Assembly: GCA_014799465.1 (NCBI GenBank)
Contig: JAAVHZ010000055.1
Location: 12,109 to 76,108, forward strand
Source: Lachnospiraceae bacterium
Lineage (GTDB): Bacteria; Bacillota; Clostridia; Lachnospirales; Lachnospiraceae
Direction: 5' to 3'
DNA: 64,000 bases
Position 1 is the stretch's first letter, and each line of letters begins with the position of its first letter. The position numbers and the translations under genes were made by a program. The notes under the pieces were generated by a model. The model was not told where the DNA came from. It ran no database searches and saw nothing but the letters and a program-made list of their open reading frames with translations. This document shows, one piece after another, positions 56,716 to 64,000 of the stretch.

Positions 56716-56744
56716 TTGTTATGTTTTTAAAGATAAGTTATAAT
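56716..56744 (+). promoter_or_regulatory. Sigma-A type promoter for the GlgX-like gene
   Basis: TTGTTA (56716-56721), 17-nt spacer, TATAAT (56739-56744). Confidence 0.5.
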
Positions 56745-56791
56745 ATAAACTACAATGCGGTATAGTGACAATACGGAGGATTAATATAATT

Positions 56792-58663
56792 ATGAATAAA
56801 ACCGATGAATTGTGTTATAGAGTAAGGGTAGGCGAACCTGAACCACTGGGAACGCTTGAAAAAGGGAGAAAATTAATAAATATTGCTATAATCGCAGATG
56901 GTGACGATAAGTGCTCTTTGATTTTGTATAAAAAGGGTACATTGAATATAGCTACTGAGATACCATTTACAGAAGATATGCGCTATGGCAACGTATATGC
57001 GATGGAAATAGAAGGGATAGCAACCGGTGATTTTGAATATGCATTCAGAATAGGCAGTACCATTGTGCAGGATCCATTTGCAAATATTATAAATGGCACT
57101 TCTGTGTGGGGTAAAACTCCGGCAATAACTACATCAGGAGTTTATAGAGGTAAATATGACTGGCAGGGAGATAAACCGTTAAATCATTCATATGAAGATA
57201 CTATTATATACAGGATTCATGTTAGAGGATTTACAAAATCAAAATTTTCCAAGGTGAAACATAAAGGAACGTTTAAAGGAATAGTAGAGAAGATACCTTA
57301 TCTTAAGGAATTAGGAATAAATATGGTAGAACTTATGCCGGCATATGAATTTAACGAGATTATGAAAAATTCATTTCCGGTATCTGAGCCGAGGGCAATG
57401 AAGTTTAAACAGGATGAAAAGGTTAAATTGAACTACTGGGGATATTGTGAAGGAAACTATTTTACACCAAAGGCATCATATGCATCTTCAAAGAAGAGAG
57501 GTGCTGCCATAAAGGAATTTAAGGATATGGTCAGGGAACTTCACAAAAATGATATTGAAGTTACAATGGAATTTTATTTTCCTGAGTACATTAATCCATA
57601 TCTTATTTATCAATGTTTCAGGTTCTGGGTAAGGGAGTACCATATAGATGGTATACATTGCAATATATCTGAAGGTATGAGGGACATGATACAGAAAGAC
57701 CCATACTTAAGCCGTACGAAGCTGATGAGTTATGGCTGGAATGAAGAGAAGGTATACAGTAAGAAGCATCTTGCTGAGTACAATGATGCATTTATGAGTG
57801 TGGGAAGATGCTTTTTAAAAGGTGATGAAGGAAGAACGGCGGATATGGCAGAAAGGTTCAGGTATAATCCGGATTATGCCGCAGTCATTAATTATATGTC
57901 AACTAATGATACATTTTCAATGATGGATATGGTGTCATACAGCCGGAACCATAATGAGGCAAATGATGAAGACAACAGGGATGGCAGAAAGCTTAATTAT
58001 AGCTGGAACTGTGGATTCGAAGGAGAAACTAAAAGAAAAGGTGTATGTGCATTAAGGATGAAGCAGATTAAGAATGCATTTGCACTGTTGCTTCTGAGCC
58101 AGGGTACACCAATGATATATGCAGGAGATGAGTTTGGTCATACCTGTAAAGGAAATAATAATCCATATTGTCAGGATAACGAAATATCGTGGATTAATTG
58201 GAATCTGCTTAACAGGAATAAAGAAATTTATGAATTTGTAAAAAAACTTATAAAATTCAGAAAAGAGCATCCTATATTGCATTTATCAAAGCAGATGCAG
58301 GGAAAGGATTATCATGCACTGGGGATGCCTGATATATCATACCATAGTGAAAAGACATGGACACTGGATAGAGATGTCCTTGTAAGGCATTTTGGTGTTA
58401 TGATGTATGGTAAGTATAGCAGGCTTTTTGGTCAAAATGATGACAGTACAATATTTATAGCATTTAATATGCATTGGGAAGAGCAGAAGGTTGGTCTTCC
58501 TACGGCGGGAAAAGACTGTAAGTGGAAGATTCTGTTTAATACTTCTGAAAAGGAGAAATGTGAAATTAAAAACAGGATGTTAGAAATACCGCCAAGAACT
58601 ACAGTTGTGTTGGAAAGTGTTAAGGTAAGGAAGGAAATTTATGCCGCAGAAGTTAAAGAATAG
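56792..58663 (+). CDS. GlgX/isoamylase-family (GH13) protein with degenerate catalytic regions
   Basis: Strong family blocks NYWGYCEGNYF, HNEANDEDNRDG, LLLSQGTPMIYAGDEFGHT..GNNNPYCQDN. The catalytic blocks are altered (see finding). ATG 56792 is preferred over the track start at 56765. Confidence 0.85.
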   Translation: MNKTDELCYRVRVGEPEPLGTLEKGRKLINIAIIADGDDKCSLILYKKGTLNIATEIPFTEDMRYGNVYAMEIEGIATGDFEYAFRIGSTIVQDPFANIINGTSVWGKTPAITTSGVYRGKYDWQGDKPLNHSYEDTIIYRIHVRGFTKSKFSKVKHKGTFKGIVEKIPYLKELGINMVELMPAYEFNEIMKNSFPVSEPRAMKFKQDEKVKLNYWGYCEGNYFTPKASYASSKKRGAAIKEFKDMVRELHKNDIEVTMEFYFPEYINPYLIYQCFRFWVREYHIDGIHCNISEGMRDMIQKDPYLSRTKLMSYGWNEEKVYSKKHLAEYNDAFMSVGRCFLKGDEGRTADMAERFRYNPDYAAVINYMSTNDTFSMMDMVSYSRNHNEANDEDNRDGRKLNYSWNCGFEGETKRKGVCALRMKQIKNAFALLLLSQGTPMIYAGDEFGHTCKGNNNPYCQDNEISWINWNLLNRNKEIYEFVKKLIKFRKEHPILHLSKQMQGKDYHALGMPDISYHSEKTWTLDRDVLVRHFGVMMYGKYSRLFGQNDDSTIFIAFNMHWEEQKVGLPTAGKDCKWKILFNTSEKEKCEIKNRMLEIPPRTTVVLESVKVRKEIYAAEVKE

Positions 58664-59300
58664 TGAAGTCACGGGAATGCAGCTTAAGGTTTTAGCCGTT
58701 TTAACTATGACCATTGACCATATGGGGGCAATATTGTTTCCGACCCAGATATGGATGAGGGTAATAGGAAGGCTCGCATTTCCGATATATTGTTTTTTAT
58801 TGGTTGAAGGATTTGCATATACAAAGAGCAAAAAAGATTATCTTAAAAGACTTTTAGCATTTGCAATAATATCTGAGATACCATTTGATATGGCATTTTT
58901 TGGGAAAGTATTTGATTTAAGACATCAAAATATTTTCTTTACACTTTTTATAGGATTTCTTACTATGTATTTTTGTGAATATGCCTCATCAAATGCTTCA
59001 AAATTTATAATGTGTTTTGTCGGATTGATGTTATCAGGAATACTTAGAACTGATTATTCATATTTTGGAATAGCAACAATACTTGTGTTTTATCTGTTTA
59101 GGAAAGAAAGATTTACTGCAATTATAATTCAATCCATTATGAATATACTTGAATTAAGTGTACAGTCAGCAGCTATAATAGCCTTTATTCCGATATATTT
59201 ATATAAAGGAAAACAGGGTAAAAAGCGTTTCCAGATTGGATTCTATGCTTTTTACCCTGTACATCTTATAATTTTGTATGCTATAAGTTTAATAGTATAA
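58641..59300 (+). CDS. TraX-family membrane protein
   Basis: LKVLAVLTMTIDHMGAILFP, GRLAFPIYCFLLVEGF; polytopic. An alternative start is ATG 58677. Confidence 0.7.
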   Translation: MPQKLKNSEVTGMQLKVLAVLTMTIDHMGAILFPTQIWMRVIGRLAFPIYCFLLVEGFAYTKSKKDYLKRLLAFAIISEIPFDMAFFGKVFDLRHQNIFFTLFIGFLTMYFCEYASSNASKFIMCFVGLMLSGILRTDYSYFGIATILVFYLFRKERFTAIIIQSIMNILELSVQSAAIIAFIPIYLYKGKQGKKRFQIGFYAFYPVHLIILYAISLIV

Positions 59301-59324
59301 TCTTTTAATGATAGTGGCTGCTTG

Positions 59325-60344
59325 TCAGCTGCTTGTTTTTTTCTCAACAAAGTATGCAGCTGTTTTGCAGTCATGTATTGTAAGCTTGCATTTATTATTT
59401 TTACTGATTACAGCTTTATATAATTTTGTGTCGGAAGGGTTTCCTGTATTTAAGAAGTTACCTGTTCCGTATATGATTGGTTTATTTTTATAATATTCTA
59501 CATCTAAAGACTTGTCACTGCAGCCTGCTATAATATCAGCACCGGATTTGATAAAGCTGTGTGCATCTGATTTCATGGATTTAGTTATTTTTTTGGAATC
59601 ATCTTCCCATGAAATGTTAACAATCAGAAAATCACAGTTCTTTTTTGCCTTTTTAATTGAATCACATATTTCATCAGTAGAGTTTTCACCATATATTCCG
59701 CTTATACTTCGTACATGTCCGTTGGAATTGACAGCAATTCCTTCGTTATTATCTCCGGATATTTTCATAACAGATAAAAGTCCGATGGTCTTATCGTTAT
59801 AGGTAAGGTATGCTGCACTGCAGGCATCATTTAAATCTCTCCCCGCACCAGAGGAATTTATATTATTATCTTTAAGGGTTGTTGCAATACTACCTGATGA
59901 ATCTGCACCGGATATGCGAAAATATTTGTTGGCAAGCGATACCATATTAATACCCATATCCTGCAGCATATCAAGGTCATTTGTGGATGCACTATAATTA
60001 AGTTCATTGGAACCTGACAGGCAGAAGGTCTGGTTCATAATTGCTATATCTGAGTCTTTTATAGTTGATGCAATTTCTTTAGACATAAAGCCTTCTGTAC
60101 CGTAAAGCCTATAGCTGCTTCTCATTTTTTCACTGACCAGTACATTTCCCATAATAGTGACAGATACAGAACCATCAGTATTAGTAATAATATTTTCTGC
60201 CGGAGAAGTGTTATGGTTATTGGTTTGAGTTATGGAATCATCTGTAATATTAACTTTTATTATTCTGAGTATTATTATAATAAGAATTATTGAAAGTACT
60301 GCACCCAACATTTTTATATTCTCATTTTTAATTATTTTTTCCAA
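59325..60344 (-). CDS. CapA/PGA_cap-like membrane-anchored protein (degenerate)
   Basis: N-terminal TM helix; family-like blocks GADIIAG and IIYGTGNFL, but the expected metal-ligand blocks are altered. Confidence 0.4.
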   Translation of the reverse strand: MEKIIKNENIKMLGAVLSIILIIIILRIIKVNITDDSITQTNNHNTSPAENIITNTDGSVSVTIMGNVLVSEKMRSSYRLYGTEGFMSKEIASTIKDSDIAIMNQTFCLSGSNELNYSASTNDLDMLQDMGINMVSLANKYFRISGADSSGSIATTLKDNNINSSGAGRDLNDACSAAYLTYNDKTIGLLSVMKISGDNNEGIAVNSNGHVRSISGIYGENSTDEICDSIKKAKKNCDFLIVNISWEDDSKKITKSMKSDAHSFIKSGADIIAGCSDKSLDVEYYKNKPIIYGTGNFLNTGNPSDTKLYKAVISKNNKCKLTIHDCKTAAYFVEKKTSS

Positions 60345-60523
60345 AAGAATCCCTCACTTTCATATTTAATAAATTATCTATATAGTATATAAGGTTTTGG
60401 TAAAATATACAAGTTAAAAGAAACTGGTATGTGTAAAAAAGTGCAAAATGGCATTTTACACATAACCAGATGTGGTTTATAGTATTTTAAGATAATTATA
60501 AGTTATGGAAGGACTGAGGTTAC

Positions 60524-61351
60524 ATGTCTCATAATAATCAAAAAAAGATAGCAGTTATAAATGATATATCAGGATTTGGACGATGTTCAGTAGCAGTGGC
60601 ACTGCCTATAATATCTGCAATGAAGATACAGTGTTGTCCTGTTCCAACATCTATATTTTCAAATCACAGTGGTTTTAAAGAGTTTTTCTTTGATGATTAT
60701 ACTGATAAAATGGAAGAATATATTGATAACTGGAAAAAACTTGATTTAAGGTTTAAAGGGATATCTACAGGCTTTCTGGGTTCCAGCAGACAGATAGGGA
60801 TAGTATCGGAATTCCTTAGAGATTTTACATCAAATGATACTATAGTAATAATTGACCCGGTTATGGGAGATTATGGAAGAGCATACTCTACTTATACCGA
60901 TAAAATGTGTAAGGATATGAAGAAACTTATAGATTATGCAGATATTATTACGCCGAATCTTACCGAAGCATGCATTCTTACAGATACACCATATAAAGAT
61001 GATATGTCAGATGGAGAACTGGAAGTTATTATTAAAAAATTAGCAGAAAGAGGTCCTGAAAAAATAGTTGTTACGGGACTGCAGCGGGATGGATATATGT
61101 CTAATATTGTATATGAGGCTGATAAAGGGATATCATGGATAAGAAATAAGAGGGTAGGGAAGGAAAGGTCGGGAACAGGAGATATATTTGCTTCTATAAT
61201 AGCAGCAGATGCGGTAAATGGTGTCGGTTTTGCTGATTCAGTAAGAAAAGCATCGGATTTTATAATAAAATGTATCAGTAAATCTATAGAAATGAATATA
61301 CCGGATACTGATGGTGTATGTTTTGAAGAATATTTAACAACATTAAAATAG
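60524..61351 (+). CDS. pdxK: Pyridoxal/pyridoxamine kinase
   Basis: KIAVINDISGFGRCS, GFLGS, IDPVMGD, SGTGDIFAS ribokinase-fold blocks; 275 aa. Confidence 0.8.
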   Translation: MSHNNQKKIAVINDISGFGRCSVAVALPIISAMKIQCCPVPTSIFSNHSGFKEFFFDDYTDKMEEYIDNWKKLDLRFKGISTGFLGSSRQIGIVSEFLRDFTSNDTIVIIDPVMGDYGRAYSTYTDKMCKDMKKLIDYADIITPNLTEACILTDTPYKDDMSDGELEVIIKKLAERGPEKIVVTGLQRDGYMSNIVYEADKGISWIRNKRVGKERSGTGDIFASIIAADAVNGVGFADSVRKASDFIIKCISKSIEMNIPDTDGVCFEEYLTTLK

Positions 61352-61367
61352 GAGGCAGTAAAGTAAA

Positions 61368-61982
61368 ATGGAAAAATCAATGACAATATTATACAAGGTA
61401 CACGATAATATATATGTAAATCTTACGAATAAGTGTCCATGTGCATGCACATTTTGTCTGAGGCAGACAAGGGATAAGATGGAGGATTCGGATGTACTCT
61501 GGCTTGAGCATGAACCGTCTGCAGATGAGGTTAAAGAGGCATTTGGAAAGATTAATCTGGATGAGTATAATCAGGTGGTATTCTGTGGATTTGGTGAGCC
61601 GACAGAGAGACTGGATGTACTGCTTGAGGTGGCAGGCTGGCTTAAGGAAAATTACAATAAAAAGATTCGAGTTAATACTAATGGTCTCTCAGACTTAATA
61701 TATGGAAAGGATACTGCACCAATGTTTGAAGGAAAAGCAGATATTATATCCATAAGTCTTAACACACCAAGCAGGGAGAGATACTATGAACTTACAAGGA
61801 GCAAATTTGGAATAGAATCCTTTGATAAGATGCTGGAGTTTGCAAAGAATGTAAAACAATATGTAAAAGAAGTGGTACTTACTACAGTAGAAACCACTCT
61901 TACAAAGGAAGAGGAAGAACAGTGCAGGAAGATTTGTGAATCATTGGGTGTAACTTACAGAATACGTCCCTGGGAAGATTAG
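61368..61982 (+). CDS. Small radical SAM protein
   Basis: CPCACTFC (CxxxCxxC) near the N-terminus. The 204-aa size resembles the TatD-associated radical SAM group (tentative). Confidence 0.7.
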   Translation: MEKSMTILYKVHDNIYVNLTNKCPCACTFCLRQTRDKMEDSDVLWLEHEPSADEVKEAFGKINLDEYNQVVFCGFGEPTERLDVLLEVAGWLKENYNKKIRVNTNGLSDLIYGKDTAPMFEGKADIISISLNTPSRERYYELTRSKFGIESFDKMLEFAKNVKQYVKEVVLTTVETTLTKEEEEQCRKICESLGVTYRIRPWED

Positions 61983-62015
61983 CAGGGAGTTTTTGACTTA
62001 CATTATGTTATCGAA

Positions 62016-62612
62016 ATGGAGGAAAAGATGGAATTAGTCGGAAAGATTATACTTGCTTCACAGTCTCCAAGAAGAAAGGAATTATTGAAGCAGATAGGAT
62101 TGGAATTTGAATGTATTCCAAGTGATAAGGAAGAAAAAGTAAGTTCTGATAATCCGGAAGAGGTAGTAAAAGAATTGTCAAAGCAAAAGGCAGAAGATAT
62201 TGCATCAAAGAGTGATGATTTTGGGCTGATAATAGGTGCTGATACGGTAGTATCCTATGATGGCAGGATATTGGGGAAACCAAAGGATATTGAAGATGCA
62301 AAGACAATGTTATCGATGCTTCAGTCACATAAGCATCAGGTATACACAGGTGTAACATTGATACTGCCTGATAAAACGATTACATTTTCTAAATGTACAG
62401 ATGTGTATATGTATCCAATGAGTGAAAGCAGGATTGAAAATTATGTGGCAACAGGAGAGCCTATGGACAAGGCGGGGGCATATGCCATTCAGGGGAAATG
62501 TGCTGCATATGTGGAAAAAATAGAAGGAGATTATAATAATGTTGTAGGGCTTCCGGTAGCAGCCATTGTAAAGGCACTGGAAGACGAAGGGATTGATATT
62601 AAAGTACAGTAA
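62016..62612 (+). CDS. maf: Maf-family nucleoside triphosphate pyrophosphatase
   Basis: ILASQSPRRKELL, GADTVV, GAYAIQG blocks; 198 aa. Confidence 0.9.
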   Translation: MEEKMELVGKIILASQSPRRKELLKQIGLEFECIPSDKEEKVSSDNPEEVVKELSKQKAEDIASKSDDFGLIIGADTVVSYDGRILGKPKDIEDAKTMLSMLQSHKHQVYTGVTLILPDKTITFSKCTDVYMYPMSESRIENYVATGEPMDKAGAYAIQGKCAAYVEKIEGDYNNVVGLPVAAIVKALEDEGIDIKVQ

Positions 62613-62626
62613 AAATAAGTTATAAA

Positions 62627-62676
62627 AAATTACGCCCTGACTGTGTCATATTTTAAACACAGACAGGGCGTAATTT
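62627..62676. terminator. Bidirectional terminator between convergent genes
   Basis: 20-bp stem AAATTACGCCCTGACTGTGT / ACACAGACAGGGCGTAATTT (one mismatch), 10-nt loop, flanked by A- and T-runs. Confidence 0.8.
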
Positions 62677-62681
62677 AAATT

Positions 62682-64000
62682 CTATTCTTCCGTAATTACC
62701 TTAGAACGTTCTCTTTTTTTCTTATTATAATCAAGAACTACCAAAGATACAAAGGCAATTATGCTCAATATACTGATGGAGATTCCCAAATTCAGTCCTT
62801 CCGGTGAATACTTAAGTTCTATGGTATGTGTTCCTGAATTTAAAGAAATTCCCAGCAAAGCACCTTCTAAAGATTTAGTTTTTGTTTCTTCGCCGTCTAC
62901 ATAAGCAGTCCAGCCGTTGTCATAAGGGATGGAAGTATATAGCATTCCTCCGGTTTCTACATTTATTTTTCCTTTTATATAATTGTCTTCAAACGTATCA
63001 ATTACGAGTGGATTTGAGTTTAGTTCGTCATATACCGAAACAAATGTGTCTAAATCAAAATCATAAGCATAGAGCTGCAGAGAAGTTTTCTCTTCATCGT
63101 TTGGATTGACATATACAGTCTCACCTGCATTTATTATACCAAGGTCAAGGATATGCTGATGATTCATATCGCTGTATGTTTTATTTGTTATGGCATTACC
63201 TTCACTATCCTGCACTTCAACATCAACCTTATCAAGGCTGGTAGTTACATATACAAATAAGTGAATCTTTTCAGATGCAGATACTTGTGCATTAGAACCA
63301 TCGCTGTCAACATTTAAACGGGTAAAAAGATTATAACCTTCATCACCTATTACATTTGCAGCAAAACTGTTCTGAACGGCAAACGGGTCAGAGTTATCAA
63401 AGTCCCAGTCATCTTCAAAATTGTTTTTAATCATAAATCCAAGTGGCAGTGTGTAATTATTTTCATACAGATAGGTGCCGCCTGATGCAGTATCAAGAGT
63501 AATTAAATCATTATCATCCATGAATGAGTCTCCAAGTACATATTTTATGGAGAATAGTGCCTCCGTAAGAGGTGTGTGCCCGTAATATGCATATGCATTT
63601 GTAGATTCCTGCATACCCATTTGTCCATAATATTCAGAAAGTTTTGCAAGTGCAGTGGAAGAAAAGGTGGATGCACCTCTGTAATTGTTCCATCCTGCAT
63701 CGTTTTTAGTATGTCTGTCATATTTTTCTACTCTGTAGAATCCCTTATCATCCTTTTGGACATTCTGAAGGACAGTGTCTATGTCTTTATTGTCACTTAC
63801 ATAATAAGTACGGCTGGTAGTGCTGATACCTGTAGTATTCAGGTTTATATATGCCTCGGATGCAGTTATTACAAAGATGAAAAATATTACAACACGATGT
63901 CTGTAATTGTCGCTGCGGTACAGCATAAATGCTATCATATACAGAATTATGAATCCAAGGCTATAGTAAATTATTTTAAAATCATATTCATCACTTACAT
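62682..64000 (-). CDS. YfhO-family membrane protein, C-terminal part (5' end outside window)
   Basis: The reading frame stays open upstream of Met 63938 to the window edge. The C-terminal NGWTAYVDGEE...GTHTIELKYSPEGL block and final TM helix are typical of YfhO. Confidence 0.7.
   Translation of the reverse strand, partial: VSDEYDFKIIYYSLGFIILYMIAFMLYRSDNYRHRVVIFFIFVITASEAYINLNTTGISTTSRTYYVSDNKDIDTVLQNVQKDDKGFYRVEKYDRHTKNDAGWNNYRGASTFSSTALAKLSEYYGQMGMQESTNAYAYYGHTPLTEALFSIKYVLGDSFMDDNDLITLDTASGGTYLYENNYTLPLGFMIKNNFEDDWDFDNSDPFAVQNSFAANVIGDEGYNLFTRLNVDSDGSNAQVSASEKIHLFVYVTTSLDKVDVEVQDSEGNAITNKTYSDMNHQHILDLGIINAGETVYVNPNDEEKTSLQLYAYDFDLDTFVSVYDELNSNPLVIDTFEDNYIKGKINVETGGMLYTSIPYDNGWTAYVDGEETKTKSLEGALLGISLNSGTHTIELKYSPEGLNLGISISILSIIAFVSLVVLDYNKKKRERSKVITEE

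Noticed and set aside
59308-59802. Plus-strand ORFs 59308-59493 and 59512-59802.
   Set aside because: They are antisense to the better-supported 339-aa CapA-like gene and have no SD.
1-64000. A scan for mobile elements, prophage, CRISPR-Cas, tRNA/rRNA, known riboswitches and large structured RNAs (OLE/ROOL/GOLLD size).
   Set aside because: I saw no transposase, integrase or phage structural genes, no spacer-containing repeat array and no tRNA-like GC-rich cloverleaf segments. The longest non-coding gaps are about 250-375 nt, too short for the large RNA classes. A covariance-model scan was not possible here and would be needed to exclude small RNAs.

Overview
This is a 64-kb chromosomal segment from a low-GC Firmicute. 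Gene content and protein style look like a motile clostridial or Lachnospiraceae-type organism, but that is inference only. There are about 55 credible protein genes, mostly on the + strand. They include: the 3' part of a chemotaxis operon (cheY-like, cheA, cheW, MCP); two paralogous orphan hybrid histidine kinases; a csoR-copA copper module with a readable promoter and operators; rubrerythrin; housekeeping genes (icd, citrate synthase, ddl, carbamate-kinase-like, tcdA, rex, acpS, nnr, alr, maf, pdxK, yebC-like); two ABC-F ATPases; a MacB/FtsX-type ABC transporter preceded by a small secreted protein; and a protease-rich patch (decayed C10 cysteine-protease gene, lipoprotein, subtilase, P-type ATPase). 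I recognised no rRNA, tRNA, CRISPR array, transposase, integrase or prophage genes. I did not find a convincing self-contained novel multi-gene system. The best leads, in order: (1) a GlgX-family protein whose GH13 catalytic regions are all degenerate; (2) a C10 protease gene broken by one stop and two frameshifts; (3) a 5'-truncated Csp-like subtilase lacking its catalytic Asp; (4) a MazF toxin gene directly after alr with no antitoxin ORF; (5) a DnaA-box cluster in front of a DUF2325 gene, followed by nested hairpins and an 18-bp x4 tandem repeat; (6) SigD-like promoters in front of two uncharacterised K/E-rich genes; (7) two uncharacterised operons, subtilase / P-type ATPase / receiver and secreted protein / FtsX x2 / ATPase. 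All family calls come from motif recognition by eye, with no searches run. Hairpin, promoter and repeat coordinates were hand-counted and may be off by 1-2 nt.
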